Source: Nemertoderma westbladi (lineage: Eukaryota > Animalia > Xenacoelomorpha). Taken from it: DNA of 60,457 nucleotides. A program made the translations under genes and the position numbers. Positions 11,562 to 22,555 of the stretch are shown in pieces. The notes under the pieces are model-generated. The model saw only the letters and a program-made list of their open reading frames with translations. It searched no databases and was not told where the DNA came from. The number at the start of each line of letters is the position of its first letter. Position 1 is the first letter of the stretch. The stretch is from NCBI GenBank assembly GCA_032718475.1, contig JAUCBJ010005397.1, positions 1-60,457 of the forward strand, read 5' to 3'.

Positions 11562-13475
11562 TAAATTGGAGAGATACGCCTATTCCTACTATCGGAAGAG
11601 ACGGTAACAATACCTGCAATATCCTACTGTAAAGTTTGTAAATCAAATCATAAATCCGACCTTCTCACCAAAACAGTAAACCCTAAGTAAGCGAATATAT
11701 TGCAGTATCGATCTCTTTTAACCGGTGAGGCAGAAAACAGTCTACGAGCAGACAAACTTCGATAAAACAAAAATCCCGCGCAGCGAATCCTAAAATCAGG
11801 CTGACTCACTGACGGACTAAGGGGCTCGTATACTTTGCCGCGGTGTGATTTATATGGTTGGGCGAAGGGACGCTAGCTAGGTACAGAGCAGATGTTTGGA
11901 GATGTCTAACTAGCGGGCAAAGTGCAGTAAGGACGAAAGTTAATTTTATATATTTCGAGGTGTAAATAATTTCTAACGCGCGTGTGTTAATTCTGAACGG
12001 TCAAAACAGTTTTGCTCCTTCACATATATAATTACTGGGTACGGTGTGCATTTTACGAATATTCTAATTTTATAACTTGTAGGTCCAATACTTACGAATG
12101 ATAAGGTTCCTTCCCCTCTTGCGTATTTCCAGGACTCAAATTCAGGCATAAGGTTAATACTACGCCCAGAATTCGGCAATTTTAGGTACCAGGTCCCTGA
12201 TACTAAGAAGAGATGTGTTAGTTTACTACTGTAGGCGTACGGGTACTAATAGCTATCCTGGCTCCTATCTAGAATTTTAGTCACCCAGGTAGTCCGGGTA
12301 ACTTCCTATTAGGGCGTTGGCGGGGACACGGTAGATGTTAGTATATCCCTGATAGCCTCAATTTATTTGCGCCTAGTGTAAACTGCCCTACCGCCTGAAC
12401 GGTACAATCCCAATTCAGGTGAAAACACAGCAACCCCCCTAGCCTACAAGTTCTGATGTAATGGACACCGTTGTACGGCAAATAGTCGCACACACACCTG
12501 TACTTAGCAAGAGTTAAGCGTACAGTTTGCTGCACCCTAACCAATGTGTATGCCTTGTACCGGTGTGCCTACGTCCTATCTGCGTACTAGTATCTGCTCT
12601 CTCTCCCTCCCCCCCGTAGGAATATGAAGGTCTACTGCGGTTTTCCCTGAATCAAGACAGTACAGTCCCTATGATGTAATTTTGGGCTTGCAGCGTGTCA
12701 CTACGTCTACCTGTTGATCTTTTGGTCTTACACTTAGGTAGCAAGGATCGAACGCTGTCTAACCTTTCAGGCGATGGGCGAATAACTCTAAGATGGTATT
12801 GCGGGTTGTCTCTCGTCTACATTCCCGTGATGTTCCCGTTCATTGCTGCGGCCCGATCTCTAGCCGGCCATCCTGTCCCTGAGTTTGTTCACCGTAGTGA
12901 AACCATAGTAAAACAGATAGAAAGCTGAGATGTGACTAGTATTTCTGACTTTATTACAAAAGATATAATAACTATTATACAATAAACAATGTAATCTGAA
13001 ATAAGACAGAAAGGATTGAGAGTGAATGATAGAAGTGAACTAATGAACAAATCGCACCTTTATATACTAAATTTGTGCCGCAATCAATCGAGAAAATTCT
13101 CGATTGTTCTATGGGTTCTAACGGGGTTTTAAAGATAGCTATTGGTCCAGCTAATATATAACTTGCACGACATTGGTTACAATCAAATAACTACAGCCTT
13201 ATTGGTACAGACAAATGCAATTAATTTGTAGCGGTTAATTTAAATGAGTTGAAATTCTGCACAAAAAATAATTCGCACTTACTAGGATTCGAACTCGATA
13301 CCTACTACACATATAATTTCCAACGCTCTACCAACTGAGCTACTGAACCACTTGACCGATAGATGCATAATAGATAGAACCAATACTAATGAGAACTCAA
13401 AGCAATCTTTACAAAGTTAATTCGAATAAAATAAAATTTTGAAAATCCACGGCATTTAGGGAATATAATTCTATA
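11562..13475 (-). repeat. 3' LTR of BEL-B (1914 bp; TA...TA termini)
   Basis: Direct repeat of 24633-26546; ORF-track peptides at 11973, 12338, 12695 recur identically at 25044, 25409, 25766. Confidence 0.95.
13263..13349 (-). ncRNA. tRNA-derived Pol III cassette in 3' LTR (A box, B box, T6); not a canonical tRNA
   Basis: Minus strand TAGCTCAGTTGGTAGAGC (13342-13325), GTTCGAATCC (13294-13285), TTTTTT (13268-13263); D-stem pairs, acceptor/anticodon/T stems do not. Confidence 0.6.
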
Positions 13476-13490
13476 CCGCTCCATGAAAAC
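13476..13490 (-). promoter_or_regulatory. PPT-position motif of BEL-B (GTTTTCATGGAGCGG)
   Basis: Directly precedes the 3' LTR; homologous to ATTTTCTGGGAGCGG before the BEL-C 3' LTR. Confidence 0.7.
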
Positions 13491-13699
13491 AGGATATTAT
13501 CGTGCATAAAATATACGGTTTTCACCAATAATCAATCAAACTATAGAATACTTAGGGCGTACTTACATATTTACAATTAAGTTTCAAACAATACTTCCTT
13601 TCTACGTAATGATTCGATACAAAATTAATTACAAATTCAAACTTTACGTATTTAAGGCTTTACTAAGTAAGTACAATATAAATCTAAATTAAATTCACC

Positions 13700-14300
13700 A
13701 ATATAAATCTATTGCATCTCAATATTGCATAAATTCAAACAATTACAAATACAAATAAATGAAAACAATAAGAAAGGCTCGCAAGTCTTCCATCTACTAT
13801 TGCATCCCAAATATTGCATAAATTCAAGTAATTACAAATACTTTCGTACCTAAATGTAGATTGCATAGGTTTGGAATAATTACAAATATGAGTCTTTCTG
13901 AGCACAAAATTTTCTGTCTATAAAACTTTCTCTTTAGGTACAAATACTGCTTATAAAATATAAATTGCATAATATTCGGAACAATACAAATTGCATAAGT
14001 TTGGAATAATATAAATTGCATAAGTTCGGAATAATTACAAATATAAATATAAATTCTTACAAATATAAACTCTCTTTTGGGTAGTCTTACTAAATATAGA
14101 TATAAACTGCATAAGTTTAGAATAATATAAACCTTTGCATCTCAAATATGAAACATAAATCTTTCAAATATAAGTTCCTTCTAAACTTTCTAAATTTCAT
14201 AAATTCGGAACAATACAAATTGCATAAGTTTGGACTTTCAGAATACAAAACTTTCTAAATATAAAACATATAATTCAAATAAATCACAAATCATAAGAAA
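13700..14300. repeat. Degenerate AT-rich short tandem repeats in BEL-B 3' UTR
   Basis: Repeated attgcataagtttggaataattacaaatata-like units. Confidence 0.7.
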
Positions 14301-14336
14301 GGCCCACGAGTCTTCCGTCCACCCTTGCCCTCCCTT

Positions 14337-15095
14337 TTATCGTTTAGTTGATCGAGCCCTGCCGCGTCCTCGAAAACTGCGCACAGGTGACTTTGCTCGC
14401 GATATGGGACTAATGGGGCGAGTCACTGGTTTACTTGGGACGTTGAGAGACGGTGCGACTATTTCCTCGCAAATTCGTCTGTTTGGCATCCCAAAACCTC
14501 GACCAATTCCTCGTGACCGATCAGTCGTCACTACAGTTGGTAGAACGTCTGGGAACGCGTGAGAGGCGGACGACGCAGACCCAAGAGTAGCTTGCGCCCC
14601 TTGTTGATCAGCTGGTGTATGTCCCGATCCTCCTACCGGTTCTCTTGGAAGTGATACCGTATCCCGAGTAACTCGAATAGTCGGCTCAACTCCCTTGCGT
14701 TCTTCTACATTAATAATTTTCTTCAATTGTTGGCCCACTTTCTGGACCCGTATGATCCTACCCTGCCCGTCCTCCCGAGGGTGACGTGCAGACGGCGCAG
14801 CCGGAGTGGCTGGTATATTCGTCGCCTCTAGGACCTCTTCTTCCTCGAATACGCTCGCTCGTATACGTTTATGGTAAAACGCGGCTCGGTACGCCCATGC
14901 GACGGTTAACCAAGCTCCTTTATTCCGCTTTTCGGTTCGGAAACGATCAAATTCACCATACGTGATACGATTTACGACTTTCTGAAAATTCCACGTGTTT
15001 TTTGTTATCTGGGTGAATCTGTAACAGATACTCGCGCACCACTCGGAATCCGCTGTCGTGGGGCAAAATATCGACAACCTCGATAAGTTCGTCAT
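14337..15095 (-). CDS. BEL-B accessory protein, C-terminal segment (disordered, basic RG-rich tail); probably frameshifted continuation of 14953-15822
   Basis: Overlaps the upstream ORF; VVNRITYGEF resembles BEL-C FIRQDPEYGDL; ends RSFRGRGRARSTKR. Confidence 0.55.
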   Translation of the reverse strand: MTNLSRLSIFCPTTADSEWCASICYRFTQITKNTWNFQKVVNRITYGEFDRFRTEKRNKGAWLTVAWAYRAAFYHKRIRASVFEEEEVLEATNIPATPAAPSARHPREDGQGRIIRVQKVGQQLKKIINVEERKGVEPTIRVTRDTVSLPREPVGGSGHTPADQQGAQATLGSASSASHAFPDVLPTVVTTDRSRGIGRGFGMPNRRICEEIVAPSLNVPSKPVTRPISPISRAKSPVRSFRGRGRARSTKR

Positions 15096-15822
15096 ATTGG
15101 GGCATAGCGGAGATGTATCCTTCCGACATCATCGTCTGGGGATTTACCGCCCAAAATCCGAGATGCGCTCTCATCGGAAACCGTCTTCTCTGTGCCGATA
15201 CATGTTCGTCGGCTAAATCTTCCCACTCATCAAATAACTTCCTCACGAGTTTTACAGATTCATGTTCATAAGGTATGTCTCTTAGTTGGCATTCAGATGC
15301 TCGATGTCCCTTTATATTGCAGTAAGTACATTGAGCCATAAATCTCCAGCAAGTATAAAAGGTATGAGACCCTTGATCCCCACACCATCCACAGATTAGC
15401 TGAGTCGTAGTAATGTGCTTTCCACTGCACTTTGCCATATGATGTCCAGCGACGCCACATTTACTACACATCGTATTAGCAGGGTACCACACTCGTTCGT
15501 ATATAAGATCTCCAATCGGTCGAGCGCTTCCTCCCATACTATAATCGTAATCATCTGGGTCTATGGGTTGGTAGGTTTCTGAAGGTTGTATACAAACTAT
15601 AGCATCTGTTGCTTCAAGTTGTCGAATCTCCGTCTGAGATTTCTTCGGGAGGTTCCTTTCTATCTCAAGAAGTTCCTCTAAAGGATCGTCGGCGATCGTA
15701 GTAGTTACGTTGAAATCATCACCGAGGTGACCGATAGGCGCGCGCGTCTGCCGTGATTCATCCGTAATTTCCACAATACGTTCTCCTTCATAAGGTAACA
15801 TAGTTGTTGATGGTTCGAACAC
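14953..15822 (-). CDS. BEL-B accessory protein, triple CCHC zinc-knuckle segment
   Basis: CSKCGVAGHHMAKC, CGWCGDQGSHTFYTC, CTYCNIKGHRASEC; homologous to BEL-C 46481-48529. Confidence 0.75.
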   Translation of the reverse strand: MFEPSTTMLPYEGERIVEITDESRQTRAPIGHLGDDFNVTTTIADDPLEELLEIERNLPKKSQTEIRQLEATDAIVCIQPSETYQPIDPDDYDYSMGGSARPIGDLIYERVWYPANTMCSKCGVAGHHMAKCSGKHITTTQLICGWCGDQGSHTFYTCWRFMAQCTYCNIKGHRASECQLRDIPYEHESVKLVRKLFDEWEDLADEHVSAQRRRFPMRAHLGFWAVNPQTMMSEGYISAMPQYDELIEVVDILPHDSGFRVVREYLLQIHPDNKKHVEFSESRKSYHVW

Positions 15823-16454
15823 CTCGCCAATATCGGTTCGGGATTTTCCTTATTCAAACGCATCGGAATCGCATTTCGTTGTTCGCGCATACAAGAACCG
15901 CATTGATAATAAAGTTTATAAACTGAAAATGCTTCCTTGGTTTCTCTATCGTCCCCTCGAGTTCGTCTGTAAAGATGCATTCCATCGAATTCATCTCTTA
16001 CCGCGGGCATAGGTTCATGCGCCTTTAGGTATTGCATGGTATGATACAAACGACTAATTTCAGTATCGGGGTCTTCGCTAATGTCTCCCGTATCACACAA
16101 AGCATCGTACGGGTAAAGTTCGTTGAAGGTTTGGCGCAAACTTTCGATTCTTTCGTTCAATGCGTTTTGTCTTCTCTTTAATACATTCGAGTCATATTTA
16201 GTTCTCGCGAGTTTCGCTGTACTTTCCGATAATTCTTTTATACCAAATATAGTATAATCCTTGGCTCCAAATCTTTCGAATGGCGCTGCTGTCTCCTCTT
16301 GGATATCATATCCCCATCTCGGCTCTCCTTGTATCCCTTTCTCCATAATTAGAGGTGTAGTTACATAATCATTACTACTAGAGGGAATACAACAGAGTTT
16401 GTGGTTAGTTGTGAGGAGACGTGAGAGTTTCGTCTGCCTTTTGGGCTTCGACAA
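15705..16454 (-). CDS. BEL-B accessory protein, N-terminal segment (first ATG at 16346)
   Basis: DPDTEISRLYHTMQYLKAHEPMPAVRDEF...YYQCGSC...RCSNH aligns with BEL-C DPMIELKRLYFTMMYLTADRPLPVVPDSF...YYCDEC...RCAKH. Confidence 0.75.
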   Translation of the reverse strand: MSKPKRQTKLSRLLTTNHKLCCIPSSSNDYVTTPLIMEKGIQGEPRWGYDIQEETAAPFERFGAKDYTIFGIKELSESTAKLARTKYDSNVLKRRQNALNERIESLRQTFNELYPYDALCDTGDISEDPDTEISRLYHTMQYLKAHEPMPAVRDEFDGMHLYRRTRGDDRETKEAFSVYKLYYQCGSCMREQRNAIPMRLNKENPEPILARCSNHQQLCYLMKENVLWKLRMNHGRRARLSVTSVMIST

Positions 16455-17009
16455 CGCTCTAACCTCCTACCCATAGCCTAAGATCTAGGGTTTCTTTAAT
16501 GACACGCTGCTTCTTATCTAAAATTTTTTGCCGAAATAAAAACGAATTTGGGCTAAACTGGCTGTGAGTCTAAAATACTCACTTTTTGATCCCAAACTAT
16601 TATCAGAAAATAAGCAGTCAAGAATTAGTAATAAATATAGGGGAGTCTATTTATTTGCGTAACTTATTGAAACAAGACCGTGTAAAATTTAATTAAAAAT
16701 TTTAAGAAAGGCTCGCAAGTCTTCCTCTCTTGTTTCTCTAATTTTAAGTTCCACCCGACTGTACCCTGAAATCTATTCACTGGAGAAAATTTTAAAAATT
16801 TTTCAAATCCAAATGGATTGTCTAAAATTTCGAAAATGTCTCAATATTGTGAGTTCCAAGTAGAATTCCATTTCTTATACCTACAAATCCCGCTCCTATG
16901 TGACACATAAGGGTACTACCCTCAATGTTCACATATAAAGACAATGGAATTCTACCGCTGCCCTTACTACGGTGTACAGGTACGTGGAAATCTATTTGTA
17001 AACTCCTAA

Positions 17010-20000
17010 TTATTTACTAGTATTAGGTGGAGATTTGTAATCTCCAGACTCGTTACGAGTCTCTTCAAGAAGTACGAGACGTTGAGTCGGTCTGTCTACT
17101 GTACGACCGTCAATTGTCCGTACTGTCACAGTTCTTGTCACTCCATCCATAGATGGATGTGTGGCTAAAATGACACCTGTTATCCAGAAGCGTCTTTTTA
17201 GATTCACTTCTGCCAACAGCACGTGATCTCCCGGCTTTAATGCGCGGGTGTTATTGTACCATGTTGTTCTGGCAGAAATAGAGGGCAAATAATGGTTTTG
17301 CCATATTTCCCAGAATTTGTTAGCCAGTAGTTGCGTGATTTTCCACGCTTTTCTACCGTAACTGTCGCTTTCTATTGGAATAGAAATAGGTGTCAAAGTT
17401 GTCGGTGCCTGCATAAGCAGGTGTGCTGGTGTTAAAGCGAACTGAGATTGTTTGTCATCGGGTACTAATACTATTGGTCTAGTATTTAGTATTGCCTCGA
17501 TTTCAACAAACAATGTTGTCAGTTGGTCGTCTGTTAATATGTGGTTTACTGGAATGACCTTTGCCATGGCCGTTTTGATAGATCTAATCAATCTCTCCCA
17601 GACTCCGCCTCTCCAAGGACTATCTGGAGGATTAAACTTCCAAACAATCTTGTGAGGTTGCAGTTCGTTCGAGATTTGATCATGATCTAATCTCTTAAAG
17701 GCTCTAGCAATCTCATTCCGAGCACCGACAAAGTTTGTCCCTTGGTCTGAGTACAAGCATTTTACTAGTCCGCGTCTAGCGATAAATCGCCGTAGTGCTA
17801 GTATAAACGCGTTGGTGGAAAGATCCATCACACGTTCAATGTGAACTGCCCTACTGGACATACATGTGAAAATCAGTCCCCAGCGTTTTACTAGTATACG
17901 TCCACGTTTAGTATGTATGGGACCAAAGCAATCAATTCCAGTCTCTGTAAAAGGTGGTCTGAATGCTTGAAGTCGTGCTTGTGGTAGTTCACTCATTTCT
18001 TGGGTACCTATTCTAGAATGTACCTTTTTACAAATAATACACGTACGTGTCACTGAACTTAATGCTTTACTGGGTCTAATTAATACAAATCTAGTACGTA
18101 AGTAGGAAAGACAGTGGTGTCTTCCAGCGTGTTTCAGATGTAGATGTGCGTCCAGTATCATTGCACGTTGTAGTTCGTGATGTTGCGGTATTATTATTGG
18201 GTACCTAAAGTTTGTGTTAAAGTCAATGTTTTGAAGCCGAGATTTATGACAAATCAAGCCATTATAAATAATCGGACTCCAACTCAGTATCGGTGACGAC
18301 TTGATTGGTTGACCTTGATGTATAGATGTGAATTCGCGCGCGAAATATCGCAGTTGGTAATGGCGAATTAATTTAATCTCACACCTGTCAATCTCAGCCA
18401 ATGTAAGTCGACGTGTAAAGTCACGTTTGCCTTTAACGTATTGTACAAAACGTACAATCCACGCTAATTTTCGGCAAGCGTTTGACCAAGAATCTGTTAG
18501 GTTTACAATACGGTCGACATGAGTATTTGTGACGTCATCAGGTAAGTCAATGGAGAATTTGGAAGGTTTTGAATTACTAGAAGGGCCCACGGGTCCGCCG
18601 GTAAGTATTCCCTTGTTGACTGTTGATCCGTCCGGGTCTACAAGTAATTTGTCCTTCTTTGTCTTCTTACCTTGATTGTCGGTACTTTGTAAGTCGATCG
18701 TTAATGGTAGTTTGAACTCTATGGGGTCAGCAGGTTTCGGTAAACTTATTTTTCTGCCGACATTAATCCCAGGTCTCAACGTAGGTTGCAGGTTCGGTAT
18801 GTCTCTTGAGCGCAAAGTAACACCTGTATTTACATTAGCGTAGGTACTACCCACATCTGTAATACATGAGGTTTCACCGTGCTTATGGTTGCTCAAGTGT
18901 GTCAAAATTGGTAGTTTGTCAATACAAGGCCGCTCCAATAGGGAAACTGCGGCTTTATTGTTAGTCAATACATTACTAGTGTCTAGTCGACTGTCTAGTA
19001 GTGTGTCTGGCGATACGTCTGGTAACGTATCTGGTTGTTTGTCAATAGAAGGCCGCTCCAATAGGGAAACTGCGGCTTTACTGTTTGTCAGTGCGTTACT
19101 AACGTCTGGTGGAACATTTTGTGATATGTCTGGCAAAATGTCTGGTTGACTGTCTAGTAACGTGTCTGGTTGACCGTCTGGCGATATGTCTGGTTGACCG
19201 TCTGGCGATATGTCTGGTGTAGAAAGGCTCGCAAGTCTTCCTCTCTTGACCTTTGAAGTTATATCTTTCCATTTCGCCTTCGGTTTCTTCTTGAGTTTAG
19301 TTGCCGTCGTCCTTTTCTTTGTATCGACGGGCATTGTTGGTGTCGTTGGGGTAGGTAGACTCGCAAGCCTATCATCTGTCGTCGATGGAATCTCTAGCTG
19401 ACTCGTCTTCTCCCCAAGTTCTAAACTCACCTTGTGGATTAGCTGCTCCTTGTGACTTATCATACTAGTTACACGTCTGTTATGTTTTGTATGTAAGGTA
19501 GTATGGTCCACGTCGTGTGAAAAGGAATGAATTGAATTTATAGTTAATAAACTACATGTACTCTGTACATCGTCTTCCTCGTCACTTACGTCTAGTGTGC
19601 GCACAGGCGCTCGAGTATACCACCCTATCGGCGTTCTGCAGGCGTATGCGTTTCCTGCTACAACTGCCGATGGTCTGGTTTCCCACACCTGGTGTAGGTT
19701 GAATTGGTCCGTCCCGATCAGCATTGCTACCGATCTATAATTGACAGGACATTCGGGTACACCAAGGTGTCTGAAATACTTACGGTCCTCCAGAGATTGT
19801 TCCGGCACTGGACCTAGTAGGTTACTAAAGTCCTTCGTGGCCGCAAAGGTTAGATCTCTAAAGGGCAACAAAGACCTCTCCCTCTCGCTGTGTTGCGATT
19901 TTGGAAGAAGAGAGTCTAAGTCCAACTTAACTCGTGTCACTGGTATTGCACGCTGTCCGTGCATACTACTTACTGTATAACTGACGTGCTTACCTTGTCT

Positions 20001-22511
20001 AAGATCTGTTACGACGTCAGCTATCTTTTCATCCACGTAACTGTGAGATGAGGCTGAGTCTAGAATCGCGTAAATCCTCTTACTCCCTTTTGTGCCAGTA
20101 ACTTTAATCGGGATTACACTGAATCCCTTCAGTTGGTCAGTGGTCAGGAGCGCGATTGACGGTTGTTCGTCTCCATTAGAATATTCGTCGTCGTCTGATT
20201 CTTCGTCCGACGATCCGGATTGTTCTGAAAAGCAATCCTCTATATGGGTCACGAAAGTCGGAGTTGTTTTCGATTCCCGTTTTCGGTAAGCCGCATCACA
20301 TCTCGCTGCTGCTTCCGGGTGTTCCCTGGCGAAGCGTTTCGTCGGCGTGTGGCTGTCTGTGTGGAGCAGACCGTCATGGTTGCGTCCACAGGATGGACAA
20401 GTGTCGGTATTTGGGCAATCCTTACGGACGTGTCCGTGTCGCGTACACCGCCAACAAGAGTCCAGTGGCCGTATCTGCAGCCGTCGTTCTTCTGAGTTCA
20501 ACTCGCGAAATTGTCGACAACCTCGTAACTTGTGACCAATATACCGCTTACCTAAATGTTCGCAGTATTGGCAGCCGTTGAAGTCGGCGCTGAGTTGCTG
20601 TCTCGTCTGTTTTGTCCCAATGGGCGCAGATACTCTATTACCGTCTGAGAATTGTCGTGATTCCGTCGGTGTGGCGTAAGTGGCCGTCTTTGTGGATGTT
20701 GTCTGGGGTTTTTGTCGGTTGGAGGATGGCAGTGTGATCCCTTCTGCCACGATGTGCTGGTCGGTATAGTTAGATCGAGTTTCTACTACCGCCTCCCTGG
20801 ATATTAAAAGGTACACATCTTCTAATTTCAGGAATCCTCCTCGCTCCTCTCGCTGGTATTCGACCTTCCTCCACTCCCGACGAAGTCGATGGTGGAGTCG
20901 TCCTATTATCTTTAATAGGACTGTAGGGGTATTCCCGTAATCAAGTTGTCCAATTGATCTTAAGGTAGTGATAGCGTTCTTGATTTCGTCAGCTAGTTTT
21001 AGTAAGTCGACGGGTTTAGTGATAGCCCCTCCCTTACAGAGTTCTTCTATTACTGACCTGGCCATACTCACTGTACCTCCGTATATCGAAGTCAAACGAT
21101 CGTACGCTAGTTCGAAAGCGTCTGGTACACCGACGAAAGTCTCCGCCAAACGTTTAGGTTCTCCTGACAACGTTTGGAGCAAGTAATTGAACTTCTCTCG
21201 TGATGTAAAGGCGCACACGGCGATCTGGGATTCAATATAGTCTACGAAGGTATGCCAGTGTTTTGAGCTACCGGAGAACTTCGGTGGTTGTTGTACCGGC
21301 AATCCCTGTCTGGCTGCGAATTTCGCTATCTCCTCTGCAACGTTCAGAGTTTCGCGTCCTTGGTTGGTAACCTGGTTGATGTTCTCCCTTCTTGGCGCTT
21401 TTCCCTGATACGATGTGGGGTTTGAAGGTACCGGTCTTTGTGGTCCCTTCGGGTGTCTATTGTGTTCGAATTCGGTGTTCCTCGAACTATCGGTTTGAAC
21501 TTCCTCCAGACGCTCCTCGATCTGAGCCAACTTGTTGACAACTGGTCGCAGAATGTCGGCGAACTGTTGTGTACTAATTGCGTCCGTTGGTTGTAACGCC
21601 TTCTGTGTTGGTGTATTCTGTGGAGGATTGTCTGCAAAGGAGTTGTCTGAACGCTCGCGTTTATATTCATCGGCCGCCCCTGTTCTAAATACCTCGCGTT
21701 TCGGGTAATCCGATTCGCTCGAAGTACTACTATCATCTGGATATGGTGGTCGACGTGCTCGCGTCCGTTGCGTCGTACGAATTCTAACGGCTCGTTTCGG
21801 AACATCGTCCACTGATCTCCGTTGTTCGGTAGGCTCACAAGTCTTCCTCGAAGTCGTAGATTGCGATGTAAACTGAACCGGTCGCGTATCCACTGTTCTC
21901 CGTTGTTCGGTAGGCTCACAAGTCTTCCTCGAAGTCGTAGATTGCGATGTAAACTGAACCGGTCGCGTATCCACTGTTCTCCGTTGTTCGGTAGGCTCAC
22001 AAGTCTTCCGCGAAGTCGTAGATTGCGATGTAAACTGAACCGGTGGGCGAATGACAGCATTTGAAACAACTGGCCTTGTAGGTCGAAACGTCATTGGGTA
22101 AGCGTAATGTGTAACGGGTTTAGGTGTCAAAGGTGGACTCACCTGTTTTGTCGTCAGTAGCGCAGGTCCGGTCAATAAACTACTACAATCCGTAATCGGT
22201 GGGTTACTTACCTTGACTTTCGGAATGGGCGACGACGTTGCTCTTGGCGGTGTAAACTCGTCCGGAATAACAAACCTGTGCTCCGTCGCACCATGGATAG
22301 GAGAAATGTTACTACTACCCGCAATCGAAACAGGTTCCTTAGTCGTAACCGGTGCAAACATATGAGTTACCTGTGGGAATCGTTGACACACGTCTTTTAC
22401 TAATTGTCGTTCCCGTCCGGGTGCTCCTACGCTTCCTTCCTTCTTTCGTTCCTGAATTTGGCGATGTCTTACCTCTAACTGGTCCAAGTCATGTCCGTCT
22501 CGAGATCTCAT
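17010..22511 (-). CDS. BEL/Pao Gag-protease-integrase polyprotein (1833 aa) without RT/RNase H
   Basis: BEL gag (PKFSG...KFNYLLQTLSGEPK), Cys/His knuckles (CWRCTRHGHVRKDC, CPSCGRNHDGLLH), protease AILDSAS (~20060), integrase HLHLKH...CIICKK, GIDCFGP, SDQGTNF, GGVWERL; no YxDD or RNase H motif. Confidence 0.92.
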   Translation of the reverse strand: MRSRDGHDLDQLEVRHRQIQERKKEGSVGAPGRERQLVKDVCQRFPQVTHMFAPVTTKEPVSIAGSSNISPIHGATEHRFVIPDEFTPPRATSSPIPKVKVSNPPITDCSSLLTGPALLTTKQVSPPLTPKPVTHYAYPMTFRPTRPVVSNAVIRPPVQFTSQSTTSRKTCEPTEQRRTVDTRPVQFTSQSTTSRKTCEPTEQRRTVDTRPVQFTSQSTTSRKTCEPTEQRRSVDDVPKRAVRIRTTQRTRARRPPYPDDSSTSSESDYPKREVFRTGAADEYKRERSDNSFADNPPQNTPTQKALQPTDAISTQQFADILRPVVNKLAQIEERLEEVQTDSSRNTEFEHNRHPKGPQRPVPSNPTSYQGKAPRRENINQVTNQGRETLNVAEEIAKFAARQGLPVQQPPKFSGSSKHWHTFVDYIESQIAVCAFTSREKFNYLLQTLSGEPKRLAETFVGVPDAFELAYDRLTSIYGGTVSMARSVIEELCKGGAITKPVDLLKLADEIKNAITTLRSIGQLDYGNTPTVLLKIIGRLHHRLRREWRKVEYQREERGGFLKLEDVYLLISREAVVETRSNYTDQHIVAEGITLPSSNRQKPQTTSTKTATYATPTESRQFSDGNRVSAPIGTKQTRQQLSADFNGCQYCEHLGKRYIGHKLRGCRQFRELNSEERRLQIRPLDSCWRCTRHGHVRKDCPNTDTCPSCGRNHDGLLHTDSHTPTKRFAREHPEAAARCDAAYRKRESKTTPTFVTHIEDCFSEQSGSSDEESDDDEYSNGDEQPSIALLTTDQLKGFSVIPIKVTGTKGSKRIYAILDSASSHSYVDEKIADVVTDLRQGKHVSYTVSSMHGQRAIPVTRVKLDLDSLLPKSQHSERERSLLPFRDLTFAATKDFSNLLGPVPEQSLEDRKYFRHLGVPECPVNYRSVAMLIGTDQFNLHQVWETRPSAVVAGNAYACRTPIGWYTRAPVRTLDVSDEEDDVQSTCSLLTINSIHSFSHDVDHTTLHTKHNRRVTSMISHKEQLIHKVSLELGEKTSQLEIPSTTDDRLASLPTPTTPTMPVDTKKRTTATKLKKKPKAKWKDITSKVKRGRLASLSTPDISPDGQPDISPDGQPDTLLDSQPDILPDISQNVPPDVSNALTNSKAAVSLLERPSIDKQPDTLPDVSPDTLLDSRLDTSNVLTNNKAAVSLLERPCIDKLPILTHLSNHKHGETSCITDVGSTYANVNTGVTLRSRDIPNLQPTLRPGINVGRKISLPKPADPIEFKLPLTIDLQSTDNQGKKTKKDKLLVDPDGSTVNKGILTGGPVGPSSNSKPSKFSIDLPDDVTNTHVDRIVNLTDSWSNACRKLAWIVRFVQYVKGKRDFTRRLTLAEIDRCEIKLIRHYQLRYFAREFTSIHQGQPIKSSPILSWSPIIYNGLICHKSRLQNIDFNTNFRYPIIIPQHHELQRAMILDAHLHLKHAGRHHCLSYLRTRFVLIRPSKALSSVTRTCIICKKVHSRIGTQEMSELPQARLQAFRPPFTETGIDCFGPIHTKRGRILVKRWGLIFTCMSSRAVHIERVMDLSTNAFILALRRFIARRGLVKCLYSDQGTNFVGARNEIARAFKRLDHDQISNELQPHKIVWKFNPPDSPWRGGVWERLIRSIKTAMAKVIPVNHILTDDQLTTLFVEIEAILNTRPIVLVPDDKQSQFALTPAHLLMQAPTTLTPISIPIESDSYGRKAWKITQLLANKFWEIWQNHYLPSISARTTWYNNTRALKPGDHVLLAEVNLKRRFWITGVILATHPSMDGVTRTVTVRTIDGRTVDRPTQRLVLLEETRNESGDYKSPPNTSK
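21812..22043. repeat. 81-bp coding tandem repeat x3 (PVQFTSQSTTSRKTCEPTEQRRTVDTR)
   Basis: Three near-perfect copies in DNA and protein. Confidence 0.95.
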
Positions 22512-22555
22512 CGATCGATCGCGGGCTTGTAGATCCAGATCTTCCTTGGCGTTGG

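Noticed and set aside
11973-12928. Small ORFs repeated at 25044-25999 (and 30984/48640)
   Set aside because: Repeated only because they lie in LTRs; no coding signal.
13263-13349. Functional tRNA gene or element-encoded tRNA primer
   Set aside because: Acceptor, anticodon and T stems do not pair, and the 3' end is not complementary to the PBS; kept only as a Pol III-like cassette.
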